A stretch of 63,819 bases of DNA, the filler included. It is 5 parts of 5 records of this genome, joined end to end, with 100 filler letters (N's around TTAATTAATTAA, not from the genome) between each part and the next. Parts side by side here need not be neighbours in the genome. Positions count along the whole stretch, not along the records: positions 27,959 to 52,671 come from DRR723986_23089; 4 more parts are not named here. One strand, written 5' to 3'. The position numbers and the translations under genes are program-made. Shown piece by piece: positions 28,169 to 38,356 of the stretch; positions within the stretch are counted from its first letter, which is position 1, and each line of letters begins with the position of its first letter. The notes below the pieces were generated by a model that worked only from the letters and a program-made list of their open reading frames with translations, was not told where the DNA came from and did no database searches.

Positions 28169-28795
28169 CTAAGCCTTATTCTTATTAATCTCGTCTTGTA
28201 ATTGACGTCTTACTTTCTGCTCACGCTCTAATGCTGTGCGTCTGTGTTCTTCAAACTCAACTTCTACTTCTTCTAATTTATGCTTCGCATCTCTTGTAGC
28301 AGAGTTACTGCCTTTAAATTTAAAGATAAAGAAAAACAGTAGTGCTAATAAAGCAGCAACAATAGACCACATAATCACATTATAATTGGTCTTACTGGTT
28401 TGCATACCTAACAATGCCATATTGTTTTTTTCAGAATTGGTTTGGTCTAAGGTACTTTGTGTATTAGCAAGGTCAGATTTTAACTGTTCAATTTCCTTTG
28501 CCTGGCTATCAACCGTGTTTTGAGAATTTTCTAACGCAGCATAGGTCGTCTTTAACGAGTCTAACACATTAGCTTTTAACTTTAATAGTGAGCTGTACTT
28601 TACGGCTTCGTATTTCTGACCTTTTAGACCTTTAAAGTTCCCAGATTTTCTAAAAATATATTCAAACTGACTATCTATGGTTCCGCCATTTAAGGAATAT
28701 TGTTCTTCCGCTTCGTCAGCCTTATTTTGCGCATTAATAGATTGAAAACTAAGTAATAATGCAAATGCCAAGGAAATTTTAAAAAAGAATTTCAT
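28169..28795 (-). CDS. Conserved Flavobacteriaceae hypothetical protein: signal peptide, coiled coil, TM, cytoplasmic coiled coil
   Basis: Hydrophobic N-terminus, heptad-rich middle, TM WSIVAALLALLFFFIF, charged tail ALEREQKVRRQLQDE. Confidence 0.8.
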   Translation of the reverse strand: MKFFFKISLAFALLLSFQSINAQNKADEAEEQYSLNGGTIDSQFEYIFRKSGNFKGLKGQKYEAVKYSSLLKLKANVLDSLKTTYAALENSQNTVDSQAKEIEQLKSDLANTQSTLDQTNSEKNNMALLGMQTSKTNYNVIMWSIVAALLALLFFFIFKFKGSNSATRDAKHKLEEVEVEFEEHRRTALEREQKVRRQLQDEINKNKA

Positions 28796-28945
28796 GTAAG
28801 ACGTAATTTTGATTTGTTAGGTTTTAATGTTTGCCAAGATAATTATTTTATCCACAAATTTTTACAATTCACAGAACAAATAATAGGATATTATCAAGGC
28901 CATTTTATATACGATGCTTTTTATATTTTGGATGTTATCTAAAAC

Positions 28946-28976
28946 AAAAAAGGCCTTATTTAAAAATAAGACCTTT
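28946..28976 (-). terminator. Terminator downstream of gap
   Basis: AAAGGCCTTATTT/AAATAAGACCTTT stem with U-tract on the minus strand. Confidence 0.65.
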
Positions 28977-28997
28977 GATTTGTGTTAAAGTAAATTT

Positions 28998-30446
28998 CTA
29001 ATAGTAGGCGTAACGTCTTACTTTAGAAATATATTTAGCCAATCTGATAACTTGATGACTATAGCCATATTCATTATCATACCATATATATAATATCGCA
29101 TTTTTACCATCTTCTCTAACAATGGTGGCTTTACTATCGTAAATAGATGGTGCAGAACTACCAACAATATCACTAGACACTAATTCATCACTCATCTCGT
29201 ATTTAATTTGCTCTACAAGATCACCTTCAAGTGCATATTTCTTCATTATAGAGTTAATACTGTCAACTGATGTTTTTCCTTCTAATTCTAAATTAAGAAT
29301 AGCTAAAGAGCCATTTGGTACAGGTACTCTAATAGCATTAGAAGTTAATTTCCCCTCTAAAGATGGTAGTGCCTTACTAACCGCTTGACCTGCTCCAGTT
29401 TCTGTAATTACCATATTTAAACCTGCTGCACGACCTCTTCTATATTTCTTGTGGAAATTATCTACTAAATTTTGATCATTCGTATACGCATGGATTGTTT
29501 CTAAGTGACCAGATTTTACACCAAAGGAATCTTCGATTGCTTTTAAAATAGGTGTAATGGCATTTGTTGTACAAGAGGCTGCTGAGAAGATTTTAACTTT
29601 ATCAGGGTTATGCTCTAAATGATTTACTCCATGCACAATATTAGGTACGCCTTTTCCTGGTGCAGTTAATAATACTTTGTCTATACCTTTTGCTTTTAGG
29701 TGTCTACCTAATGCTTCTTTATCTCTAAATGCACCAGTATTATCAATAACTAACGCATTGTTTATTCCATATTTTGTGTAATCTATATCTTCTGGTGCAT
29801 TCGCCGAAATTATTTTCACCGTAGTACCGTTTATAATTAATGCTGAGTTCTTTGTATCTGTACTCACCATACCAGAAAAATCACCATGCACAGAATCATT
29901 TCTTAATAATGATGCACGCTTTTCTAAAACCGTTTCATCAATAGCTCCTCTGGTTACAATTGCTCTAAGTCTTAACTGACTCCCAGATCCTGTTCGCGTC
30001 ATTAATTCTCTAGCAACTAATCTTCCGATTCTGCCAAAACCATAAAGGACGACGTCTTTAGGCTCTATGCCATTATTATCTTTAGCATTCTTTAGCTTGG
30101 CAGCAACAAATGCAGTTGCATTGCTATACTTTTGGTCTTCTAAGTGAAACTCATAAGTTAGCTTACCAATATCTAATTTTGCTGGTGGTAATTTTGCTGC
30201 CTTAATGGCTTGCGCAATTTCTACAGAATCGAAAATAGAGATTGGCTTCTGAACGAATTCGCCAGCATACTCATGCAGATTTAAAATTTCGCTTACATTT
30301 CTGTCTATAAGCTGATTTCTAAATAGAACAAGTTCTATTGATTTATCGTACCAAAGGTCGCTTACAATTTTAATAAATTCAACCGTAGCTCGGCGACGAT
30401 CTGCTTGAAACGCTAACTCTTTTTCGTAAGTGTCGTTAAAACCCAT
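28998..30446 (-). CDS. gap: Glyceraldehyde-3-phosphate dehydrogenase, long form with N-terminal extension
   Basis: GFGRIGR, ASCTTN, HAYTNDQ, WYDNEYGYS. Confidence 0.95.
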   Translation of the reverse strand: MGFNDTYEKELAFQADRRRATVEFIKIVSDLWYDKSIELVLFRNQLIDRNVSEILNLHEYAGEFVQKPISIFDSVEIAQAIKAAKLPPAKLDIGKLTYEFHLEDQKYSNATAFVAAKLKNAKDNNGIEPKDVVLYGFGRIGRLVARELMTRTGSGSQLRLRAIVTRGAIDETVLEKRASLLRNDSVHGDFSGMVSTDTKNSALIINGTTVKIISANAPEDIDYTKYGINNALVIDNTGAFRDKEALGRHLKAKGIDKVLLTAPGKGVPNIVHGVNHLEHNPDKVKIFSAASCTTNAITPILKAIEDSFGVKSGHLETIHAYTNDQNLVDNFHKKYRRGRAAGLNMVITETGAGQAVSKALPSLEGKLTSNAIRVPVPNGSLAILNLELEGKTSVDSINSIMKKYALEGDLVEQIKYEMSDELVSSDIVGSSAPSIYDSKATIVREDGKNAILYIWYDNEYGYSHQVIRLAKYISKVRRYAYY

Positions 30447-30526
30447 TTATTTTTGGTTTAGTGATTTTAAAATTTTGCGCAAAAATACATATTTCAAACG
30501 TTTTCGTAACACTTTTTGTCGAAAAT

Positions 30527-30565
30527 AAAAACCCTTCAAAGAAATGCACTTTGAAGGGTGTTTTT
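30527..30565. terminator. Terminator downstream of htrA
   Basis: ACCCTTCAAAG-N7-CTTTGAAGGGT flanked by A and T tracts. Confidence 0.75.
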
Positions 30566-30584
30566 AATCTATTTTTAAGGTTAT

Positions 30585-31997
30585 TTATCTAAAATTATAG
30601 ACGACTCTCTCACCCTCATCATTAATAATTTCAATTTGTAATGGCTCATTACGTTTTCTGGACTTTAGAGCTTTGTCAACATCATCAGCAGCGTATAATT
30701 TTACACCATTTAACTTTGTAATGATACTTCCTTCTTCAACACCATTATTTCTCCAATATTCTTCGTAATTAGGATATTCTAGACTTTTAATTTCTAAACC
30801 GTATTCTAAATCGCGCTTCTTTAGCTCTTTTTCAGAGAGATTTTTAACTTTGCCTATTGGTGGTAATTCTGAGATGATATTCTTTAATAATGTCACAGGA
30901 ACAATTTCTTCATCACCATCTCTAATTAAAGTAACATTGACTACATCGTCTGGGCTTTTTGTTTTTAAATAGCCAGTTAAATCTGAAAACTTATTAATTT
31001 CTACGTTATCAATTTTTCTAATAATGTCTCCCGATTTAATACCTGCTTTTTCAGCACCTGTATCTTCCGTAACCTCGCTTACATAAAATCCTTCTGCAAT
31101 ATCTAAGCCTTTTTCTTCGGCGAACTTATTATTTAAAGCACCACCAATAACTCCCAGAATACCGTTTTGTACATTACCATATTCCATAATGTCGTTAACA
31201 ATCTTACGTGCAATATTGCTTGGTACTGCAAACGAATATCCAATATAAGATCCATCTCTAGAAGAAATAGCTGTATTGATACCTATTAAATCACCATTGG
31301 TATTTACTAAAGCACCACCAGAATTACCAGGATTTACAGCGGCATCAGTTTGGATAAAAGACTGTGTATTTCTGCCGCTTAGGTCTCTTGATTTTGCACT
31401 TATAATACCTGCAGTTACTGTGGAATTAAGATTAAAAGGATTACCTACGGCTAATACCCATTCTCCAATTTTGGCATTGTCAGAATCACCAAAGGCCATA
31501 AACGGTAAGTCTTCGTCCGTCTCTATTTTTAATAAGGCAATATCAGTAGCTTCGTCAGCTCCGATAAGTTCTGCCATATAAGATTTATTATTGTTTAGTG
31601 TTATACTAATCTCATTAGCATTTTGTATTACGTGGTTATTTGTTACTATATAACCTGTAGGTGAGATAATTACACCACTTCCTGTACCTACCTGAGCACG
31701 CTGTGAGTTACGTCCAAAAAACAAATCTTGCATTGTCATTGGTGCACTTACTATTGAGGTGTTTTTTACGTGTACAACAGCATCAATAGATTTTTCTGCT
31801 GCTTCAATAAAGTTTGGTGCTAGGTTAGTATTGTTGTTAACTGCATTTGTAGTGTTTGTTGGAATGTAAACTGGGAATTCTGTAGGTTGCTCTATGGCTA
31901 CTTCTTGTTGTTTATCTTCAATAAAAAGTTTGTAACCTCCCAAAGTTAATAGACCACCTAATGCCGAAACGCATACTAATGTTAGAATCTTCTTCAT
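30585..31997 (-). CDS. HtrA/DegP/DegQ family serine protease with PDZ domains
   Basis: GSGVII, TNNHV, DIALLK, QTDAAVNPGNSGGAL. Confidence 0.95.
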   Translation of the reverse strand: MKKILTLVCVSALGGLLTLGGYKLFIEDKQQEVAIEQPTEFPVYIPTNTTNAVNNNTNLAPNFIEAAEKSIDAVVHVKNTSIVSAPMTMQDLFFGRNSQRAQVGTGSGVIISPTGYIVTNNHVIQNANEISITLNNNKSYMAELIGADEATDIALLKIETDEDLPFMAFGDSDNAKIGEWVLAVGNPFNLNSTVTAGIISAKSRDLSGRNTQSFIQTDAAVNPGNSGGALVNTNGDLIGINTAISSRDGSYIGYSFAVPSNIARKIVNDIMEYGNVQNGILGVIGGALNNKFAEEKGLDIAEGFYVSEVTEDTGAEKAGIKSGDIIRKIDNVEINKFSDLTGYLKTKSPDDVVNVTLIRDGDEEIVPVTLLKNIISELPPIGKVKNLSEKELKKRDLEYGLEIKSLEYPNYEEYWRNNGVEEGSIITKLNGVKLYAADDVDKALKSRKRNEPLQIEIINDEGERVVYNFR

Positions 31998-32064
31998 ATT
32001 TTTCAGATTTAAGTTTAACTATTCAACGTTTAAATTTAGATATTTATTGAAATTGTAATTCTAT

Positions 32065-32104
32065 TTTAACGACTATTTAACGTCAACTTTAACCAACGTT
32101 TAAC
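32065..32104. promoter_or_regulatory. Four phased TTTAAC direct repeats in the htrA/dapF divergent intergenic region
   Basis: TTTAAC at 32065, 32076, 32088 and 32099 (11, 12, 11 nt spacing). Confidence 0.55.
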
Positions 32105-32129
32105 AACTCGTTTTGCACTTTAATATTCT

Positions 32130-32137
32130 TATATTTG
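32130..32137 (+). promoter_or_regulatory. Bacteroidetes sigma-70 -7 element (TAnnTTTG) for the dapF operon
   Basis: TATATTTG just upstream of dapF. The same motif precedes other genes at 35456, 48552, 51057, 52569 and (minus strand) 30480. Confidence 0.65.
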
Positions 32138-32146
32138 CTTGTAATT

Positions 32147-32926
32147 ATGACAATGACATTTTATAAATATCAAGGTACAGGAAACGACTTTATAGTTGTG
32201 GATAATCGTTTAGGTCTAATAGACAAAAATGATACCAAACGTATTGCACAAATATGTAACAGACGATTTGGCATTGGTGCTGACGGATTTATTCTTTTAG
32301 AACAGGCTGATAGTGCAGATTTTAAAATGGTTTATTATAATTCTGATGGTAACGAAAGTACTATGTGTGGTAATGGAGGACGCTGTATTACTGCATTTGC
32401 AAAATCCCTAGGCATCATAAAAGATGAAGCTAGTTTTGTAGCTATAGATGGTTTACACTTAGCTAAAATAGAAAATGACATTGTGCATTTACAAATGCAA
32501 GACGTTAAAACCATTGAGGTTTCGGAGATGTATACCTTTTTAGATACAGGTTCACCACATCATGTTCAATTAGTTTCCGATATAGAAACTTATGACGTAA
32601 GAAAAAATGGAGCGAACATTAGATATAGTAATCTTTATGGTGAGGCTGGGAGCAATGTGAATTTTGTAGAGCAAATTTCTAATAACAGATTTGCCGTAAG
32701 AACATATGAGCGTGGAGTAGAAGATGAAACTCTTTCTTGTGGTACTGGTGTAACAGCAGTTGCATTAGCTATGCACAAAAATACTAAAACACCAAGTAAT
32801 GAAATTCACCTTAAGACCCAAGGTGGCGAGTTAAAGGTGCGTTTTCGAGAGGATAATAATGGCTATAAGGATATCTGGTTAATTGGGCCTGCTGTTCAAG
32901 TTTTTAAAGGAGTCATAGAATGGTAA
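32147..32926 (+). CDS. dapF: Diaminopimelate epimerase
   Basis: GTGNDF, MCGNGGRC, TYERGVEDETLSCGTG. Confidence 0.97.
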   Translation: MTMTFYKYQGTGNDFIVVDNRLGLIDKNDTKRIAQICNRRFGIGADGFILLEQADSADFKMVYYNSDGNESTMCGNGGRCITAFAKSLGIIKDEASFVAIDGLHLAKIENDIVHLQMQDVKTIEVSEMYTFLDTGSPHHVQLVSDIETYDVRKNGANIRYSNLYGEAGSNVNFVEQISNNRFAVRTYERGVEDETLSCGTGVTAVALAMHKNTKTPSNEIHLKTQGGELKVRFREDNNGYKDIWLIGPAVQVFKGVIEW

Positions 32927-33444
32927 CACTACAAGGTGAACATATTTATTTAAGAGCATTAGAGCCAGAAGATCTAGATTTTGTTTTCTTAGTAGAAAAT
33001 GACACCAATTTATGGCATCTTAGCGATACGCAAACACCTTATTCTCGATTTTTAATTAAGCAGTACTTAGAAAATGACCATCAAGATATTTATGAAGCAA
33101 AACAATTACGTTTGGCTATATGTAATAAAGAGGATAAAACTATTGGCTTAATTGATGTTTTTGATTTTAATTTTAAGAATAAACGTGCTGGAATTGGTAT
33201 TTTGATTCAAAACAGCCTTGATAGAAATAAGGGTTATGGAAAAGAGGCCCTTGAATTATTGATTAATTATTGTTTTGACACCTTACATTTGCATCAGGTT
33301 TATGCCAATATTTCTGAAGATAATTCAGCAAGCTTAAAACTGTTTGAAAACAACGGTTTTAAAAAAATTGGACTAAAAGAGGACTGGAGCTTTAATGGAA
33401 AAACTTTTACTAACGAATATATTTTACAACGCATTAATAATTAA
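32920..33444 (+). CDS. GNAT (RimJ/RimL/SpeG-like) acetyltransferase
   Basis: IYLRALEPED, RNKGYGKEAL, NSASLKLFENNGF. Confidence 0.88.
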   Translation: MVTLQGEHIYLRALEPEDLDFVFLVENDTNLWHLSDTQTPYSRFLIKQYLENDHQDIYEAKQLRLAICNKEDKTIGLIDVFDFNFKNKRAGIGILIQNSLDRNKGYGKEALELLINYCFDTLHLHQVYANISEDNSASLKLFENNGFKKIGLKEDWSFNGKTFTNEYILQRINN

Positions 33445-33447
33445 TAC

Positions 33448-34494
33448 ATGTATATAAAGAAAATTCTTTGGGCAATTGCCTTAATTGGGCTCGTAGTTTT
33501 TGGTGTAATTGCCTATTATATATACGGCGCAATGTTTCAGCCAAATACAGCTTTCAATAATGACACGGCTTATATTTATATACCAAAAAATGCAACCTAT
33601 CTAAAAGTAAGAAAGCAACTAGAACCTCTTTTAGATGATATCGATGCTTTTGATGCATTAGCGCGTCAAAAAAAATATGCCTCAAATATTAAAGCTGGAA
33701 AATTTGCTATTAAAAATGGCATGAATAATAATGAAATTATCAATTCAATAAGAATTGGAAAAGGGTTAGAAGTTGTAATAGCGTTCAATAATCAAAACAG
33801 TTTAGAGGATTTAGCAGGAAGAATTAGTAAACAAATTGAGGCTGATAGTGTTTCACTTTTAGTTGCAATGAAAAATGAAGAGTTTCTCGAGAAAAATACT
33901 TTCAAGAAGGCTACTGCACTCGGGATGTATTTGCCAAATAGCTATAAGTTTTACTGGAGTATATCAGCAGACGAGTTTAGAGATAAAATGCTAAAGGAAT
34001 ACAATCGTTTTTGGAATGATGACAGATTAAACAAAGCCAAACAATTAAATCTTTCTCCCGATGAAGTTATGACACTAGCTTCCATTGTACATGAAGAATC
34101 TAAACAAGCAGAGGAGCAACCAAGAGTTGCAGGTGTTTATCTAAATAGATTAAGAATAGGTATGCCTTTACAGGCTGATCCCACCTTAAAATTTGCAGCA
34201 TATCAATTACCTCAATATAAAAACACTGTTATTAGAAGAGTGCTTAACGTACATAAAGAAATAGAATCTCCGTATAATACGTATAAAAATTCAGGACTGC
34301 CACCAGGATTAATTGCTATGCCAGATTTATCAGCTGTAAAGGCAGTATTAAATCCAGAGAAGCATAGTTACCTTTATTTTGCTGCAGATGCTAAACGAAT
34401 CGGTTATCATAAATTTGCTAAAACTTTAGCTCAGCATAATAATAATGCGCGAGAATATCAGCGTTATTTATCTTCAAGAGGTATAAACAAATAA
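33448..34494 (+). CDS. mltG: Endolytic transglycosylase MltG
   Basis: N-terminal TM, LASIVHEE, LQADPT, SPYNTY, GLPPG. Confidence 0.95.
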   Translation: MYIKKILWAIALIGLVVFGVIAYYIYGAMFQPNTAFNNDTAYIYIPKNATYLKVRKQLEPLLDDIDAFDALARQKKYASNIKAGKFAIKNGMNNNEIINSIRIGKGLEVVIAFNNQNSLEDLAGRISKQIEADSVSLLVAMKNEEFLEKNTFKKATALGMYLPNSYKFYWSISADEFRDKMLKEYNRFWNDDRLNKAKQLNLSPDEVMTLASIVHEESKQAEEQPRVAGVYLNRLRIGMPLQADPTLKFAAYQLPQYKNTVIRRVLNVHKEIESPYNTYKNSGLPPGLIAMPDLSAVKAVLNPEKHSYLYFAADAKRIGYHKFAKTLAQHNNNAREYQRYLSSRGINK

Positions 34495-34497
34495 AGT

Positions 34498-35403
34498 GTG
34501 AAGCGTATTCAGTCGTATATTATTCTATTATTACTATTAGCTAATGTTGCGCAATCTCAATCAAAATTAGATCTTTTTTTAGAGCCGAGTGACACTTTAA
34601 ATAAACCGAGGCGAAATGCTGTAATTATTACAGAAGCAACGTTAGCTTCAGCTACTTTAGTAGGATTGCATCAGCTATGGTATAAAGATTATCCTAAATC
34701 TTCTTTTAAAACAATTAATGATAGTAATGAATGGCAACAAATGGACAAATTGGGTCATGTGTTTTCCTCCTACCAATTAGGAAGAATTGGAGCTAATACA
34801 CTCAATTGGGCAGGTGTTTGCAAAAAAGATCAACTTTTATACGGAGCAACATTAGGTTTGGGTTTTCTAACTGCTGTTGAGGTAATGGACGGTTTCTCAG
34901 AAGAATGGGGTTTTTCATGGACAGATATGGCAGCAAATGCAGCAGGAACTGGCTTATATATTGGTCAGGAATTGTTGTGGCAAGAGCAGCGTATTGTTAT
35001 GAAATATTCGTTTCATCAAACACGTTTTGCTTCTCAAAGGCCAGATAAATTAGGTGATGGTTTATTAGAAGAATTTTTAAAAGATTATAATGGGCAAACC
35101 TATTGGTTAAGCGCAAACTTAAATTCGTTTATTAAATCCGATTTCATTCCAAATTGGTTAAACTTTGCATTCGGCTATGGCGCTAGTGGAATGCTAACAG
35201 GTGAACCCAGTGATGAAGTGTTTCAAAACCAAAACAGAATAACCCAGTATTATCTTAGTCTAGACATAGATTTAACACGAATAAAGACAAATTCTCACTT
35301 TTTAAAAACTGTTTTTGACGTTTTAAACGTTATTAAGATTCCTTTTCCTACATTAGAATTAAATAGTAAGGGAGTCTCAAAGTTCCATTTTTTCTACTTT
35401 TAA
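34498..35403 (+). CDS. DUF2279 family protein
   Basis: MDKLGH, EVMDGFSEEWGFSWTD, KDYNGQTYWLS; ends in F like outer-membrane proteins. Confidence 0.8.
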   Translation: MKRIQSYIILLLLLANVAQSQSKLDLFLEPSDTLNKPRRNAVIITEATLASATLVGLHQLWYKDYPKSSFKTINDSNEWQQMDKLGHVFSSYQLGRIGANTLNWAGVCKKDQLLYGATLGLGFLTAVEVMDGFSEEWGFSWTDMAANAAGTGLYIGQELLWQEQRIVMKYSFHQTRFASQRPDKLGDGLLEEFLKDYNGQTYWLSANLNSFIKSDFIPNWLNFAFGYGASGMLTGEPSDEVFQNQNRITQYYLSLDIDLTRIKTNSHFLKTVFDVLNVIKIPFPTLELNSKGVSKFHFFYF

Positions 35404-35523
35404 AGGACTTTTTAACCTGTTAAATGCTTGATTTTCAGATTTTAGAAAAAATTCGTACATTTGCACCGCATTTTAGTAATGTTGTTTTGGGGAAAACATA
35501 TTACACTAATAAAATTAGCTGTT

Positions 35524-36177
35524 ATGGTTAAAAATAGAGTTAAGAATGTTGTTTTACCATTTGTAATTTGCTTTTTTATGGCTATTGCATTGTATCCAAA
35601 CTCAACTATAAATCCAGAGCATTATTCTACAGAAGGATTAGAGTTAGATTATAATTTTAAGAAAGAATTAGCACTAAATATTGAAAAGGAAAGTGAACAA
35701 ACCATGTTTACACCTTATTTAGGTAAATCTTTTGAAGGATTTAAAGAAGCCCTTGCTTTTAAAGAATCTAGAGGAGATTACTTTACGGTAAATACATTAG
35801 GCTATTTAGGTAAGTATCAATTCGGTACTGAAACCTTAAAGGTTATTGGTATTTACAATCCTAATCAATTTTTATACAATCCAGAATTACAGGAAAAAGC
35901 TTTTGTTGCAAATGCAGAGCGTAATAAATGGGTCTTAAGAAAAGATATAAAGCGTTTTGAGGGTAAAGTTATTGGTGGAGTTAAGATAACAGAGTCTGGT
36001 ATTTTGGCTGCAGCACATTTAGCAGGTCCTGGTAGCGTTAAAAAATATTTGAGAAGTTACGGTAATCAAAATTTTGCTGATGCTTATGGTACAACAGTGA
36101 AGCACTACATTAAAAAGTTCTCTGGTTACGACACTTCTATGCTAATGCCAAATAAAAAAGCGAAGGCTGTTCTTTAA
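35524..36177 (+). CDS. Membrane-anchored lysozyme-like (lytic transglycosylase-like) protein
   Basis: ALAFKESRGDY...YLGKYQFG...LAAAHLAG resembles the lysozyme-superfamily catalytic core. Confidence 0.65.
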   Translation: MVKNRVKNVVLPFVICFFMAIALYPNSTINPEHYSTEGLELDYNFKKELALNIEKESEQTMFTPYLGKSFEGFKEALAFKESRGDYFTVNTLGYLGKYQFGTETLKVIGIYNPNQFLYNPELQEKAFVANAERNKWVLRKDIKRFEGKVIGGVKITESGILAAAHLAGPGSVKKYLRSYGNQNFADAYGTTVKHYIKKFSGYDTSMLMPNKKAKAVL

Positions 36178-36890
36178 TCTTTTTGAATAATAAAGATTGC
36201 AGGACGCTTATGAAAGTCTTCTTTATTGTTCTTCCATAGTTTTACAGGTAATGTTTTAATATATTCACTTGGTAGTGTTAAATCACAGGCCACACTCAAT
36301 CGTGTTTCTGGATGTAAAACACTTACCAAATCATCTAACATTTTCATATTTCTGTAAGGGGTTTCTATAAATAATTGAGCTTGGTTATGATCATATGATA
36401 AACGCTCTAAGGCCTTTATTTTAGATTTTCGCTCACTCTTATCAATGGGTAAGTAGCCATTAAAGGTAAACCTTTGGCCATTCATACCAGATGCCATCAA
36501 CGCTAGTAAAATTGACGAAGGCCCAACTAAGGGTACAACTTTAATATTCATTTGGTGCGCTAAACTTACAATGTCAGCTCCTGGATCTGCGATTGCTGGA
36601 CATCCAGCTTCAGATAATAGGCCTACGGAAACACCATTTAAACAAGGATTTAAATATGTGTTTCTCTCTGATTCTATAGTGTATTTATTTAATACATTTA
36701 GTTTTAATGAAGGTTGAGATTTATTTGGTGTTATTCTTTTGATAAATCTTCGTGCGGTTTTTTCGTTCTCAACAATATAATGATCAAGATCTTCAATTAC
36801 CTTTTTTATAGCAAATGGCAACACTTCTAAAGGTGGATTATCTCCTAATCTTGTTGGGATTAAGTACAGTTTTCCTAGTTCTGAATTCAT
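36174..36890 (-). CDS. RsmI-like tetrapyrrole-methylase family SAM-dependent methyltransferase
   Basis: LYLIPT, SEAGCPAIADPG, GPSS, FIETPYRN. Confidence 0.88.
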   Translation of the reverse strand: MNSELGKLYLIPTRLGDNPPLEVLPFAIKKVIEDLDHYIVENEKTARRFIKRITPNKSQPSLKLNVLNKYTIESERNTYLNPCLNGVSVGLLSEAGCPAIADPGADIVSLAHQMNIKVVPLVGPSSILLALMASGMNGQRFTFNGYLPIDKSERKSKIKALERLSYDHNQAQLFIETPYRNMKMLDDLVSVLHPETRLSVACDLTLPSEYIKTLPVKLWKNNKEDFHKRPAIFIIQKD

Positions 36891-38293
36891 CTGTTTACAA
36901 TAAATTTAAAGGTACTCTGTTCACCATTTTCAGATTCTATTTTTAATATATAAAAACCATTTGATAATGAAGATGTATTAATGGTCTGTAAACTTCCCTC
37001 TGTTGGTTTTGTAGAAATCACTTTTTTTCCTTGTATGTCATAAATATCAAATAGAAGGGAATTGCTATTTATTCCTGAAGATAAATCAATATTTAGTTCA
37101 TTTTCAATAGGATTTGGGTAAATTGAAATACTATTAATGCTTTGTTCATCTACACTAAGAGAAGTGTCAATAAGTTTATAAATATTCCCATTTACTAGAT
37201 CAGAAATATAAAGTTCTCCATCAATATCTTCGCCAAAAGCGGACCATGCACCTGTAAAACTATTGAATGTTATATCCCAATTGGAATCATTAGGAGTTAA
37301 ATACCCGATTTCATTACTACAAAAATCAGCGAAGAAGTAAAGCCCCTGAAAGTTAGAATATGTAGAGCCTCTGTATCTATAACCACCTGTAACTGAACAT
37401 CTGCCGGTCCCTGAATGACTGTAAACCGCAACAGGACTTTCTAATGTTGGGTTGCCTGGGCAACTAGCAACATTAAAAGGAGCTGTACCTTCGTAGCATC
37501 TCCAACCATAATTAATGCCAGAATCGGTTAAAGCTACACTATTTATCTCCTCCATGGTATTCTGGCCAACATCTGCTAACCATAAATCATTTGTAGCACT
37601 ATCAAAAGAAAATTTCCATGGATTTCTTACTCCATAAGCCCATATTTCATCTAATGCGTTAGGGTTTGAAATAAAAGGATTGTCCGCTGGAACGCTATAA
37701 GTATTTGGAGGTGTGACATTATCTATATCGATACGTAATATTTTTCCTAAAAAATTATTAAGGTTTTGTGAGTTGTTAGATGGGTCTCCTGCAAACCCAC
37801 CATCTCCTGTACCAATGTATAAGTAACCATCAGCACCAAAATGCATATCTCCTCCATTGTGGTTGTAAGCAGGTTGAGATATATTTAGTAGAATTACTTC
37901 TGATGCTTGATTTGCTAGGTTAGGATTGTTTGCATCTCTTTCAAACCTGGAAATAACTGTATCTCCAAAGTTGTTTATGTAATTAACATATAAATAGCCA
38001 TTAGTGATATAGTCTGGATGGAAGGCCAAGCCCAAGAGCCCACGTTCATCACCAAAAAATGCAGGGTCGTATACGCGATCGTCAATATCTAAAAATGGAG
38101 TTGTTAGAATATTTCCATTATCATCAACAATTTTAATGAAGCCATTTTGCTCTGCCACATATAAATTTGAGTCGCCAGCATGCTTTATATTTACAGGACT
38201 AGATAAACTTTGAGCAAATAATTCGAGATCTAAATCTTGAGTGTATGAGATTATAGAAAAAAATAGAAACAACAAACAGGTAATAGTTCTCAT
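36887..38293 (-). CDS. PQQ-dependent sugar dehydrogenase (GSDH) with type IX secretion C-terminal domain
   Basis: ERGLLGLAFHP, HNGG, GDGG, GKILRID, YGVRNPW; C-terminal IYPNP...GFYILKI...FKFIV. Confidence 0.9.
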   Translation of the reverse strand: MRTITCLLFLFFSIISYTQDLDLELFAQSLSSPVNIKHAGDSNLYVAEQNGFIKIVDDNGNILTTPFLDIDDRVYDPAFFGDERGLLGLAFHPDYITNGYLYVNYINNFGDTVISRFERDANNPNLANQASEVILLNISQPAYNHNGGDMHFGADGYLYIGTGDGGFAGDPSNNSQNLNNFLGKILRIDIDNVTPPNTYSVPADNPFISNPNALDEIWAYGVRNPWKFSFDSATNDLWLADVGQNTMEEINSVALTDSGINYGWRCYEGTAPFNVASCPGNPTLESPVAVYSHSGTGRCSVTGGYRYRGSTYSNFQGLYFFADFCSNEIGYLTPNDSNWDITFNSFTGAWSAFGEDIDGELYISDLVNGNIYKLIDTSLSVDEQSINSISIYPNPIENELNIDLSSGINSNSLLFDIYDIQGKKVISTKPTEGSLQTINTSSLSNGFYILKIESENGEQSTFKFIVNR

Positions 38294-38356
38294 TATGTTA
38301 AAATTAAGGGAGTTATGGATGTAATTTACAAAAAACTTAAGGAAGTAAGAAATACA

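Noticed and set aside
32197..32205. Perfect DnaA box TGTGGATAA
   Set aside because: It lies inside the dapF coding sequence (V-D-N codons) and is probably incidental.
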